DNA from: Octopus bimaculoides
Taxonomy: Eukaryota
Direction: 5' to 3'
Assembly (NCBI RefSeq): GCF_001194135.2
Contig: NC_068983.1
Span: 58,277,064-58,326,484, forward strand
Length of the DNA: 49,421 nucleotides
Positions 23,053 to 35,529 of this stretch are shown piece after piece (the first letter of the stretch is position 1; every line of letters starts with the position of its first letter). The position numbers and the translations under genes are program-made. The notes under the pieces are model-generated. The model did not search any database. It was not told where the DNA came from and saw nothing but the letters and a program-made list of their open reading frames with translations.

Positions 23053-23762
23053 CCCAATAAAAAGAAAAAGGTGAAAATAGATGTGGGTTTGTGACAGGAA
23101 GGCCGTATAATCATGGCAAAGCCATCTCAATGAATTAATTGTCTGACCCTTGCACGTTGCACGCATGTAAAAGTGGACATTAAAACAATGATTATTATAT
23201 GTGTGATTTGAACTCAGAATAAAGATGATTACAGCTTACCTCTTTTATGCATTTCAATTCAGTGTTTTACTAATTCTGTATAAGCACAATTGTCTTCAAA
23301 TATGAAAATTCTTTCTGCACAAATTTTACCATTTTAAGATCACCACGTGAGAAAAGTGATATTAAGAGCTGGCATTAATATGCATAAAGCTGAAACAAAA
23401 TTCACTGTGGATTTTATCAGAAGAATATATCAAACACGATGCAGAAAAATAATAAATGGAGATACACATAAATGGAATGAGAGAAACATGTATCATTATG
23501 TTAAGTTATTCCTATAAATTGACGAGGGAGCAGCATCAACTTGCTTGAAATTTGGTTTTGTTCCAATTAAATTGGATCGAAGCTGCATTTTGTTATTACC
23601 ATAGTAGCATTAAAATATTTGTGAATTTATCACATAGGCACAAGCATGGCATTGTAAGCAAAGGCACGGCCATGCAGTAAAGGAGTGTGCTTTGCAGCCA
23701 AGGGGGTCTGGGTTCAATCCGTTTGTGAGGCACCATATTTGTTACATATGTACTACTATAAT

Positions 23763-24080
23763 ATCATCCTCATCATCATCATTATCATTATCACCATCAT
23801 TTAACATCCGTTTTCCATACTAACATGTGTTGGACAGTTTGACTGAAGACTGGTAAGCTGGAGAGATGCACCAGGTTCCAGTCTGATTTGGCAAGGTTTC
23901 TATGACTGGATGCCCTCCCTAACACCAGTCACTTCAAGAGTGTAGTGGGTGCTTTTAACATAACGCCAGCATGGATGCCAGTTCCATAAAATCAACATCA
24001 GCCATGACTATGATTGCAAAGCATAATATATCACCAAAGGTCTCAGTCACCTGTCACTGCCACTGTGAGGCCCAAAATTC
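23763..24080 (-). mobile_element. Family C RTE 3' end, degenerate
   Basis: (CAT)n then TTTAACATCCGTTTTCCATAC...GGATGCCCTCCCTAACACC. Confidence 0.75.
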
Positions 24081-24097
24081 AAACATATATATATATA

Positions 24098-24401
24098 TCA
24101 TCATCATCATTATCGTCGTTTAACGTCCACTTTCTATGCTAGCATGGGTTGGACGATTTGACTGAGGACTGGTGAAACCAGATGGCTACACCAGGCCCCA
24201 ATCTGATTTGGCAGAGTTTCTACAGCTGGATGCCCTTCCTAACGCCAACCACTCAGAGAGTGTAGTGGATGCTTTTATGTGCCACCGGTACGAAGGCCAG
24301 TCAGGCAGTACTGGCAACGGCCACACTCAAAATGGTGTATTTTATGTGCCACCCGCACAAGAGCCAGTCCAGCAGCACTGGTAACGATCTCACTGAAAAG
24401 T
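24098..24401 (-). mobile_element. Family C RTE 3' end running into a gap
   Basis: CATCATCATTATCGTCGTTTAACGTCC...GGATGCCCTTCCTAACGCCAACC. Confidence 0.85.
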
Positions 24402-25248
24402 NNNNNNNNNNNNNNNNNNNNNNNNNNNNNNNNNNNNNNNNNNNNNNNNNNNNNNNNNNNNNNNNNNNNNNNNNNNNNNNNNNNNNNNNNNNNNNNNNNN
24501 NNNNNNNNNNNNNNNNNNNNNNNNNNNNNNNNNNNNNNNNNNNNNNNNNNNNNNNNNNNNNNNNNNNNNNNNNNNNNNNNNNNNNNNNNNNNNNNNNNNN
24601 NNNNNNNNNNNNNNNNNNNNNNNNNNNNNNNNNNNNNNNNNNNNNNNNNNNNNNNNNNNNNNNNNNNNNNNNNNNNNNNNNNNNNNNNNNNNNNNNNNNN
24701 NNNNNNNNNNNNNNNNNNNNNNNNNNNNNNNNNNNNNNNNNNNNNNNNNNNNNNNNNNNNNNNNNNNNNNNNNNNNNNNNNNNNNNNNNNNNNNNNNNNN
24801 NNNNNNNNNNNNNNNNNNNNNNNNNNNNNNNNNNNNNNNNNNNNNNNNNNNNNNNNNNNNNNNNNNNNNNNNNNNNNNNNNNNNNNNNNNNNNNNNNNNN
24901 NNNNNNNNNNNNNNNNNNNNNNNNNNNNNNNNNNNNNNNNNNNNNNNNNNNNNNNNNNNNNNNNNNNNNNNNNNNNNNNNNNNNNNNNNNNNNNNNNNNN
25001 NNNNNNNNNNNNNNNNNNNNNNNNNNNNNNNNNNNNNNNNNNNNNNNNNNNNNNNNNNNNNNNNNNNNNNNNNNNNNNNNNNNNNNNNNNNNNNNNNNNN
25101 NNNNNNNNNNNNNNNNNNNNNNNNNNNNNNNNNNNNNNNNNNNNNNNNNNNNNNNNNNNNNNNNNNNNNNNNNNNNNNNNNNNNNNNNNNNNNNNNNNNN
25201 NNNNNNNNNNNNNNNNNNNNNNNNNNNNNNNATATATATATACACAGC

Positions 25249-25719
25249 AAGTAAAGTTGGTAGTTCTAAAATCTCTATACGAGATGCAAGTTGTAACTCT
25301 GCCGAAAAGTAATGATTGTTGCCACCTCAATGTGTTTATTCTGCATAGAACAATGTTACTAGCCTTTTTAACCCCAGGAGGATACCTCCTCCAGCTGGTT
25401 AACGACACAATATATGTGTCCGTTATATTGTAAACAAAGGAGTGAACAACTTCCATCCAGTGTTGACAGGACCCAACAGACCAACTAGTTTCTGTGTATA
25501 ACCCTTCCTTGGTACTGGTTATACTTGTCTGCTAGACATGGCAGTCGTTCATCCCAGTTTGCAATATATAAACAAACAAACGACCCGCAGCCGCTGAATT
25601 TGTACCAAGTGAATTTGCTTGTTCTAAAATCTTTATAACAGATGTAAGTAGTAACGGTTGTTACCACCTCGATGTGATTGTTCCATGCAGAACAGTGTTA
25701 CTACACTTTTTAACTCCAC
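25249..25719. repeat. Pair of diverged ~110-130 bp direct repeats (25249-25376 and 25607-25719)
   Basis: GTTCTAAAATCT, CCACCTC.ATGTG, AGAACA.TGTTACTA and TTTTTAAC blocks are shared. There is a 16-nt indel between the copies. Confidence 0.7.
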
Positions 25720-25878
25720 TTACAACTGTTTCCAGTAGTCATTATCGGTTCGTTGTTGATAAGTTTCTCAATTGGTCTATTGATCAGTTGAGAAGAGTTG
25801 AACGACCTAAAAGATTAATGGTACATTTGTCAGAGCCATTTCTAGTTAGACACACACACACACACACTCACACACATA

Positions 25879-25918
<40 letters not shown>

Positions 25919-26599
25919 NNNNNNNNNNATATATATATATACATATATATACACACTCATTTGTATATATCATACTGACTAGTCACAAACCACTCAGGAG
26001 ACAGTGTCTTTGCCAGTAAAATAAATGCTGTGTTTGAACAGTTGTTTACAAATTAAATGTATTTCTCAAACAGATATATCTAAAAACCATTGAACCACCA
26101 CAAAAAGAAAATAACAACAACAACAAAAACACTAACTATAAAAATATCAGTATCAATAATTTTAAATAAATCTTCTTTAACAAATAAACAATTCATCATA
26201 CATTTTTTTTTTTAAATTGGAATTTCAGCTTAAAAACAAACAAGCAGTTTTTCAGAAATTAAATTAATATCTGAGTAATTAAGCTGACAATTTTTATATA
26301 GTGTCATTTTTTTTCTTCTTTGCTTTGAATATAATTTATATCACATTGATCTTTATGGTATGTATGTATAATATATGTATATATATACACATATATACAC
26401 ACACATATATATATATGTATGTATGTATGTCTTTATATGTATAATATATATATATATATACACATATATATATAAAATATATTAGTATGGTCTACAACTT
26501 GACTTCCAAGTTTTAATTAAAACTTATTAGAAAACTATATGGTGTGGCTGTGTGGTAAGAAGTCTTCATCTCAACCATATGATTCCGGGTTCATTTCCA

Positions 26600-26768
26600 G
26601 CTGATATACCCTCCAGCCTTCATCAGGTGTCTTGGGGGAATTTCAAACCTGGGTTCTCATTCCTAAGGTATTTTTCTGATTATTATTGTTATTCAGGTCA
26701 TTGCCTGGAATCAAACTTGGAATCTTAGGGTTAGTAGCCCACGCTCTTAACTGCTATACCATATGTCC
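26600..26768 (-). mobile_element. tRNA-headed hammerhead element, 3'-truncated inside the ribozyme
   Basis: The minus strand reads GGACATATGGTATAGCAGTTAAGAGCGTGGGCTACTAACCC...GACAC-CTGATGA-AGGCTGGAGGGTATATCAGC and then ends. Confidence 0.8.
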
Positions 26769-26770
26769 GT

Positions 26771-26975
26771 GGGCATAATAATGATAATTATAATAATAAT
26801 AACATCCAAAAATACCTTAGGAATGAGAACCTAGATTTGAAAATTCCCCAAGATATCTGATGAAGGCTGGAGAGTACATCAGCCAAAACGTTGTGTTAAC
26901 AACAAACAGGATGAGGACAAATATCTGCAAAATGTAAATAACGTACACAATTTCTCATCTCTCAAATATAGAATT
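26771..26975 (+). mobile_element. Hammerhead element body, headless, inverted relative to 26600-26768
   Basis: (AAT)n linker plus body. The hammerhead at 26852-26897 has GAAA changed to AAAA and retains ACGT-T-GTGTT. Confidence 0.8.
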
Positions 26976-27326
26976 GTAATACTTGTTGTCATATGTGCCC
27001 TAGGAATGATAGCAAAAGGGGCTGATTCCTACCTAGCTTATATACCAGGAATCCCTCAAAATGGCAGAAATTCAAAAGATAATGCTGATGGGAACTGCGC
27101 ATATCATACGTAAAATACTGTCTATGTAATCTCAAATTTTAAAACAAACTTATAATTTTTTATGGTTTCTTAAACATTCTCTAGAACATCACTCTGTGCA
27201 AATCCATGTATAAGACACCCGAAGCATAACACCAACATGAACGTCTAACTTGTTGTCTCTTGAGGTTTCTGGGTGAGACTTGGAGCCAACTTGTACAAAT
27301 GCAAAGCAAAAGTCAAACATATAATG

Positions 27327-27388
<62 letters not shown>

Positions 27389-27430
27389 AAGAAGAAGAAG
27401 AAGAAGAAGAAGAAGAAGAAGAAGAAGAAG

Positions 27431-27649
27431 AATCCTTTCTACTGGGGGTACAAGGCCTCAAATTTGTGGGAAGGGGACAAGTGGATTACATCAACCCCAG
27501 TGTTTTTCACTGGTACTTAATTTATTGACCCTGAAATGATGAAAGGTAAAGTTGAGCTCAGCAGAATTTGAACTCAGATCGTAGCGGCAGATGAAATACC
27601 ACTATGCATTTCATCTAGTGTGCTAACAATTCTGCCAGCTCGCTGCCTT
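27431..27649 (-). mobile_element. SINE family A with adjoining (GAA)n/(AAT)n microsatellites
   Basis: Reverse complement of the family A head and body. Simple repeats lie at 27320-27430. Confidence 0.85.
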
Positions 27650-27677
27650 CATATACTAATAATAATAATTATTATTC

Positions 27678-27975
27678 AAGAAAAGTTGATGCATATAACA
27701 GGTTAGCTTGGGCGGTTAAGCAGTTGTGTTCGCTGAAAAGGTGGTAGTTGTACCAATAATTTTCGGAGCCCTGGGAATAGTGAGTAAAAATCATGAGAAG
27801 CACTTGGAACAAATAGGGGTTGAAATAAAGGTGGAGCACTTGCAGAAAACAGCACTGCTTGGAACCAGTCGAATACTCTGGATATTGCTCGAAAAATAAG
27901 GGGTGTTACCTTAGTTCACTGGTAGTGAACAGCTGGCACTGTAGTACATCTCCAGTGTAAGAAGCCGTACAAAGG
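27678..27975 (+). mobile_element. R4/Dong-type LINE 3' end
   Basis: RKVDAYNRLAWAVKQL, then after a frameshift KVVVVPIIFGALGIVSKNHEKHLEQIGVEIKVEHLQKTALLGTSRILWILLEK*. Same family as 45199-45613. Confidence 0.85.
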
Positions 27976-28010
27976 TGAAGCTGTACAAAGCTCTTTTGAC
28001 AAATTGATTT

Positions 28011-28204
28011 GGCACAAGGCCAGCAATTTGGGGGGAGGGGATAAGTTGAATACATCAGACCTAGTGTCCAGCTGGTTCTTATTTTACTGACCCCAAAAGG
28101 ATGAAAGGCAAAATTGATCTTGGTGGAGTTTGAAGGTTGTGACAGACAAAATACCGCAAAGCATTTTTCCCAGTGTGCTAACAATTATTCCAGCTTGCCA
28201 CTTT
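28011..28204 (-). mobile_element. SINE family A
   Basis: Reverse complement of the family A head, body and tail. Confidence 0.8.
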
Positions 28205-29240
28205 CAATCCCACCAAATATTATGAAGAAGTTATGTCTCTTGTAATAGTTGCGACCACTAGGGGAACCACATGGTTAGCCTTTTGCACAATGAATTTAAC
28301 TGTAACTTCAGTCATGTTTTTGTATATATTCAAACTTGGCAAGGACTGGTCACCCAAAGGCATTGTAGGGAACCAACTCATTGTGTTGGTTTCATAGTCT
28401 GCACTTGATGTCAGCATTTTCTTTTGCTATTATGTTTTTTGGAACCATAGTTATTCAAGGATGGTCATTCATGTGCAACTAGAATCAAATTTGTTTCTGC
28501 TTCTAGCCCAGAACGTTTGAGACATTATTGTCTTTCATTCATGTTTACTTCCTCTCTGTCGAGTCTTGCATGATATTGGCCATGGTGTGATTTTTTTACC
28601 CTCTAATTTCTCGTTCAATACATTTTGAAATTACGTTTTGATTTCATATTTCATAATATTTTTTAACCTTTTCATTTGATTTGTCTTTATTATTTCAGTT
28701 AATTTCCAGATATTTTTCCATTATGTCCTTGTCAAGAGAAAAACACTTCTGTTTGTGCCTATATCTGTGTGATTTGGTTTCTTTTTTGCTTTTTTTCTTA
28801 CACTTACCAACTTCCCTTTGCTTGCTCCAAATTACTTTCCCAACCCTAATGTGGTTGTTTGGTAATAGTTCTTTATTTGCATCAGTTGTGTCTGTGGTGG
28901 GGATAAATATATTCAGTCTCTATCAGTTTTGAAAGCAATGGCTTCAGAACACAGAGCGTAGATAGTGCTGCTGTCAGAAATGTGTTTAATATGTAAATTC
29001 ATCTATCCAAAAGTGTTATACCACTAAACTTAGTGGGTGTTAAAGCAATGCGTTCGTGGATGGTTGTTGGGTTGGATGTGGTGCTGATAAAATAACAATA
29101 ACTCTTGAAATATGCATGTACACCTATTACCTATTTTTTCTACCTTTGATCATATTGTTTATATAAACATATTCATATATATTGAATGTTGTAACTTACA
29201 GTACTGGCTCTGTATTCTATGGAAAATCGATAGGTTATCA

Positions 29241-29494
29241 TAGTGGTTCTCAATCATTTTTAGGTATGGACTAGTTTGATTTCTATTTTATTCATGTGAC
29301 ACTCATAATCATTTGATGTTTTAAAAAGAATCCTTTTATATTTTTATACTTATGTATATTAAGGAATTGTATATAAAAAAAATTTATATATCTTGAGTAT
29401 TGTTGAAGTATAAAAAAATTATTGCAAATAAATCCCAACAACAAAATCTTACATGGACCCCAAGGGCCATATGGAACTTGGTTAAGAAGCGCTG
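29241..29494. mobile_element. hAT-superfamily MITE
   Basis: Ends TAGTGGTTCTCAATC / GGTTAAGAAGCGCTG resemble the CAGTGGTTCTCAACC hAT TIR. The 8-bp flanks GGTTATCA and GTTTATCA match at 7/8, as expected for a hAT TSD. Confidence 0.7.
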
Positions 29495-30062
29495 GTTTAT
29501 CAATGCAAAATAATGACTAAATTCCTGAGATTTCTATGTAAACTTCTCAATTCACACAATTTACAGTCTATCATATTGAAGCTGTCATTTATAGCAAGGG
29601 TTCTTAATAGAATATTGGGTTAAAAATACCCTCGAATGGAAGAAATCAAATGCATACAGAAGATGTGGGTTCACATTTCACAGGAAGCCTTTGACACTCT
29701 CCAGCTATTGGGTTCTTAACCCAATATTCCTCACACAATTATTTATAGCATTATCTACTTCACGTTCCACCATTAGAAATGATTTATTTCATGTTTAATG
29801 GAATTTTTATCAATGAAAATCTTATCAATAAACTACGTAGTAAAAATTGATTTTCCACTGAATTCTCAACAATCAATGCAAAGTAAATGATTAAAAGTGA
29901 ATAAATGCGTGAGTGTGCGTGTGTGTGTGTGTGTGTATGTGTGTGTGTTAGAATAAAAACTGGAACCATATATTTGGCGATTTGCTGAGCTCTTTTGTCA
30001 ATTTGTGATTGAGCCCTTTGCTGGTTTGCTGTACATGAGAAAATTCATCAAACCAGGTGAAA

Positions 30063-30281
30063 TGGTGATCGTAGCTGGTGCCAGAGGCATGTAAAAAGGC
30101 ACCGGTATGGTGACATGTAAAAGAGACCCACTACACTCTTGGAGTAATTGGCATTAGGAACAACATCCATCCATAGAAACCATGCCAAATCAGACCAGAA
30201 CCTGGTACAGCTCTCTGGCTTACTAGTTCCAGTCAAACTATCTCACCCATGCCAGCATGGAAAGGAGATGCTAAATGTTGT

Positions 30282-30311
<30 letters not shown>
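30063..30311 (+). mobile_element. Family C RTE 3' end
   Basis: GGCATTAGGAACAACATCC...CCCATGCCAGCATGGAAAGG...(GAT)n. Confidence 0.8.
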
Positions 30312-30312
<1 letters not shown>

Positions 30313-33300
30313 ATATATATATATATATATCCAACAGGTATTTTTATTTTCATATTTGCCTTTATACATTCTGTATCTCTCCCTTCCCAAAATAACTTCT
30401 TATTTAATTACGGAGATACACTTGCATAGCATGTGACCTGATCTGAGACTGTGTGCTGAAACAAAAACAATTGCAACACTTTTTGCTATGGAATGGTGAA
30501 ACTATTTTTTCGTTTCCTGAAAAAACAACATTCTGGACTTACGACAATTTTACATAATAGCAAAGATATATATATAGGTTATGAGCGATAGTGGTGTCAA
30601 TTAGACCCAGACGTTTCAAGTAATGCTGAGTAAGTGCTGTGGATAGGCCATAGTTAAGCTCCAGATTCAGTGGTTATGCGAATAAGGGGTCCAACGTAGG
30701 TCATATATCAGCGTGTGAATATAAGGATTTACTTTTTGTAATGAGATTAATAACCAAGGTTGTGTATAATATATATTATACACAGCCTGGTTTTTTTTTT
30801 TATCTCAATACAAAAAGTATATCCTCTCTCTCTCTCTCTATATATATATATACGGCAAAAAAGAAAATGGAGGGGATACAAAAATGACATACACCAACCG
30901 GTAGACATTCTATTCTGTCTATTTATTCTGAAACATAAGGAAGTATTATAAGAATACATACACATGCAAAGACTGTGTGCTACACAAATATGTACTAGAA
31001 ATACATAAAAGAGTAAAAGATTAAAAGATTAAAAGATCAGTACCTTACAGCTGTTTCTGACAAGAGGCCACGATAGCATCCATCCTACCTTCATCTCTTC
31101 AATATTCTGTAGGGATGGGTAGATAGAGTTTGGATGTTCAGTGTGACTCTAGGCTTCTTCCCTTAGTTGGTTGGCTTCCCAACCACTAACTCTCACGGAA
31201 ATACATACATATATNNNNNNNNNNNNNNNNNNNNNNNNNNNNNNNNNNNNNNNNNNNNNNNNNNNNNTATATATATATGTATATATATATATATACACAA
31301 TGGGCTTCTATTGTATACAATTTTCCTCTACCTAATCACTCACAAGGATTTGATCAACAGTAATCTACAGTAGAAGACATGGGACTGAACTGGCCCTAAT
31401 AACTCTGATAGGTACTGCCCTTTCCACCTTCATTAGACTTAATAAAATGACATAACTACTGCCTCATTTCAAGCTGGCCATAACATGGTTGCTCTTTTGC
31501 CCTGAGTTATTTCTGATCAAGTACATTTATGATCAAAGATAGACTACTTTATCTTAGACCACAAAATCCAGAATATGTTTCTCTTGTTTCCTTTTTATTC
31601 TTCAAAAATGATATAGATTGAATCGAAGGGGATTTGGCTGTTATTTCTTGCAGCGTAGAGAACCACATAAAGACTCCATCCCTGGGTGGAGGTGGACTAT
31701 ACTATTTTGATATGCAGTATTATTTAGTAAAGGCAAATAGAAAATGATATGAAAATCTCATTCTCGGGATTGCTACAATACTTGAAAGGAATATCTCCAT
31801 TTGTAAAGCCTATGGATGCTGACTAATATGAGAATGTTCATAAGAATTATTTCATATATCGGAAATGAATATTGTATGATCATAAATATTACATCCGCTG
31901 TGAATTTGTGAATTACTGACGTTGATGTGTTACGAGCTTCAAATATTTTATAAGCATACATATTATACCTAACATGCATGTATATATATATATATATATA
32001 TATNNNNNNNNNNNNNNNNNNNNNNNNNNNNNNNNNNNNNNNNNNNNNNNNNNNNNNNNNNNNNNNNNNNNNNNNNNNNNNNNNNNNNNNNNNNNNNNNN
32101 NNNNNNNNNNNNNNNNNNNNNNNNNNNNNNNNNNNNNNNNNNNNNNNNNNNNNNNNNNNNNNNNNNNNNNNNNNNNNNNNNNNNNNNNNNNNNNNNNNNN
32201 NNNNNNNNNNNNNNNNNNNNNNNNNNNNNNNNNNNNNNNNNNNNNNNNNNNNNNNNNNNNNNNNNNNNNNNNNNNNNNNNNNNNNNNNNNNNNNNNNNNN
32301 NNNNNNNNNNNNNNNNNNNNNNNNNNNNNNNNNNNNNNNNNNNNNNNNNNNNNNNNNNNNNNNNNNNNNNNNNNNNNNNNNNNNNNNNNNNNNNNNNNNN
32401 NNNNNNNNNNNNNNNNNNNNNNNNNNNNNNNNNNNNNNNNNNNNNNNNTATATATATATATATATATATGGGGAGGTATGATATTTATGATATATATCAT
32501 TTTATATACATATATATATATTACATGAAATTATATATAATATGAAGTATTTAAATATTCCTATGTGTATGTTTGTACTTATTTATGTATGTACATGTGT
32601 CTTTATATAGTGTGCGTTAGTACAGATGTCTGTGTCTTTATAGGTATTTGTGTATAGGCATTAAAGCATGTGAATTGATTTAGTAACTGTCATCTAACTA
32701 GCATCAAAGGCTTCATAAGAAATTACAATTCTGCATAACTGAAACTATAGAAAGTTTGATTCATAATTCAAATTTCCTTTCAATGTGAGCTGCATTAAAT
32801 TAATGAAGACTTTCTGCTATGCCTCATGGGTTAAGATATTTGAGTTATTGGTACACAACTTATGCATTGAAGTAAAATGTTGCATATAAAGTGTTGTGTC
32901 CAGGAACAATGGGATACTACATGTTTCCTTGTTCCATTGGGGATTAGATAATTAAAAATGCTACGGAAAGAACGAATGTATAAAACTCAAAATTCAAATT
33001 GTAATAAGCTGTTTCCTTCTTAATGTGTTCCTAGAGATTTGAGTGTAAATATCTGATCACCAGCACCGGATTAACCATTAGACAAAAGACGCACATGCTT
33101 AGGACATCAAGGGAAGGTGGAGGCACCATGGAAATGGTAAATGGTTTACAACACGAAAGAAATCACTTTAAACTTGCTAAAATGGTATTTGGAGTGGTTT
33201 ATGAGATCAGAAATATAATTTTAAATTGTTCATGGTTTAAAGTGACGATTTTATCTAAAACTTTGCAATTAAAAAATCAGGAGAAAACTTTTCAAATATA

Positions 33301-33477
33301 AATCAACATATATGAAAGGCGGTGCTCCAGCATGGCCACAGTCAAAGGACTGAAACAAATAGAAGAGTAAAAGAATTATTTTCCATCTTGCTGCTAGTTT
33401 TGCTTCATTTTGAAAAATAAAAACTTATTTTATGGTTTATCATTGTTTATATTTTGAATTATATGTTATTTTCTTTT

Positions 33478-33880
33478 ATACTTTTACCTGTTTCAGTCAT
33501 TTGACTGTAGCCATGCTGGAGCACCACCTTTAGTTGAGCAAATTGACCCCAGGACTTATTCTTTGTAAACCTGATACTTATTCTATCAGTCTCTTTTGCT
33601 GAACTGCAAAGTTATGGGGACATAAACACACCAATATATACATACATACATACATACATACATACATACANNNNNNNNNNNNNNNNNNNNNNNNNNNNNN
33701 NNNNNNNNNNNNNNNNNNNNNNNNNNNNNNNNNNNNNNNNNNNNNNNNNNNNNNNNNNNNNNNNNNNNNNNNNNNNNNNNNNNNNNNNNNNNNNNNNNNN
33801 NNNNNNNNNNNNNNNNNNNNNNNNNNNNNNNNNNNNNNNNNNNNNNNNNNNNNNNNNNNNNNNNNNNNNNNNNNNNNNNN

Positions 33881-33928
<48 letters not shown>

Positions 33929-34084
33929 GGATTCTTTCAGTTTCCATCTACCAAATCCATTCACAAGGCTTTGGTTGACCAGAGGCTATAGTAGAAGACA
34001 CCAGCTCAAGGTGCCACACAGTGGGATGGAACCTAGAACCATGTGGTTCTGAAGGAAGCTTCTCAGCACACAGCTACGCTGCAC
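33478..34084 (-). mobile_element. SINE family B, full length, with an N gap in its internal microsatellite
   Basis: The tail (33478-33630) and head (33925-34084) flank (TACA)n-N-(TA)n. Confidence 0.9.
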
Positions 34085-34162
34085 TTATATATTATATATG
34101 TGATGGCCCCAAATCTTCTAAGTTAGTTTATTCCCATCTCTTGTGAAATACATCTGTCTGGT

Positions 34163-34225
34163 GGGTTAGATTTAACTGAGGAGACACATAACAAGGTTGA
34201 AACACTGCAATGTGTCAAACTCCCC
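34163..34225 (+). ncRNA. Decayed hammerhead ribozyme relic
   Basis: CTGAGGA-GAC..GTT-GAAA, then ACACTGCAATGT (one change from the palindrome ACATTGCAATGT). Position 17 is G and stem I is partly mismatched. Confidence 0.35.
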
Positions 34226-35300
34226 ATACATTGGTGAATCATGTTTGTTATGAAAACACATCCTCTAAAGAGAGGATGTGTCTCTGATGATGGAAAATAA
34301 CAACTGAGCCATCAGAACATATTAAAAACTAATAGATATGTTATTGCTTGGATTCTAACTGTTCTCCATACATCTCATGAATTACATTCAGATCAGGTTA
34401 TTTGGTTTTAGAATACCTTCCTCCATTCTTTCAGTTAGTCTTGGAGGAACTGATGAGAATTATGGACACTTCCCTACCACCTCGCTAAACAATTAAAAGC
34501 AAACAACAATTTTCTAATGCTGATAAGTAGAACAGTGACATGAGCTAGCAAAGAAGATATTTGCATGAAAATAGAATATATTTCCTGTAGCAGTCAGTGT
34601 ATATACATATATATACTTTTTCTTTACACCAAAATAGAAATTTGTCTTGAAGTACTACAATGATGTGTAAATAAGTCTTTTGGCTGAACCAAAAATAAAA
34701 TAGATTTTAAACAACTTTGGAGACCAAATCTTTATATATTATTTTTAATAAGGAAATAAGTCTATATCAGAACAGAAGTTTATAGCCACAAATTATATGC
34801 AATTTATAAATATACAATCATGATTTTCAGATGAGTACATATAAAAAGGCACACATATCATATATTGTAATTTTACACATGCATTCACAAATATCTGAGC
34901 ATTGCTTGTGTGTGTGTGGAGGTGTTTGTGTTTGTATGTGTATGTGTTTGTGTTTGTGTGTGTGTGTGTGTGGTGTTTTTATATATAATGTGTGTGCATA
35001 TGTGTAAATATATATATATGTATTTAGATATGTGTATACATGTGTGTGTGGTGTTTATATATTATGTGTGTGCTTATGTGTAAATGCATATAGATGTGTG
35101 TATACGTGTGTGTGTGTGTGTAAATAATTATTTGGACTTTGGGTATATATCTAGTAGTATGCCTATTAGAGCACTTTCACTGTTTAGGCCATCTGATGTC
35201 TTCCAGTTACGATATAAATGTCATCAGGAATTCCACAGAGTTTGTTGAGGTTATAATGAATGAGGGAAATGGAAAATAGATTTAACAAGAATCTTTATTC

Positions 35301-35407
35301 AACACAATGATCATTTTGACACATCCCGCATCTGTCCCTTACGGGTGGGATACAAAACATGTGGTTGTGTTGCATCCATTAATACAGTCTGTGTCTCATC
35401 AGGTGTC
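35301..35407 (-). ncRNA. Hammerhead ribozyme relic with long stem II (core G decayed)
   Basis: The minus strand reads GACAC-CTGATGA-GACACA...TGTGTC-AAA-ATGATCAT-T-GTGTT. Stems I and II pair and helix III is a perfect 8-nt palindrome, but GAAA reads AAAA. Confidence 0.6.
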
Positions 35408-35494
35408 TGGTGTAAATACATGCGCTGAGTCTTGCTTGGCATCTGGTTGTTGCCCATAGTTTGTTGGCTACACTCACAGTGTAAGCCAACACAC

Positions 35495-35529
<35 letters not shown>

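Noticed and set aside
23338-23517. ~59-codon open stretch after a TTTTAAG acceptor-like site
   Set aside because: No good donor site, no recognisable peptide, and compatible with chance.
24269-25456. Longest ORFs in the track (300-390 aa), here and at other gaps
   Set aside because: Their length comes from N runs translated as X.
28220-28417. 65-aa non-repetitive minus-strand ORF, and a CCACTAGGGG CTCF-like motif within it
   Set aside because: No homology that I recognise and no splice signals. The motif lacks the fifth G and the GC-rich end of the CTCF consensus.
29611-29728. 17-bp inverted repeat pair about 90 bp apart
   Set aside because: Possibly a tiny MITE, but there is no TSD or second copy to support it.
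31045-31057. GAAACAGCTGTAA half-hammerhead on the minus strand
   Set aside because: The CTGANGA box and stems I and II cannot be found upstream.
34256-34281. Perfect 11-bp hairpin followed by CTGATGA
   Set aside because: There is no downstream GAAA or helix III, so it is not a hammerhead. Isolated short hairpins are common in this repeat-rich DNA.
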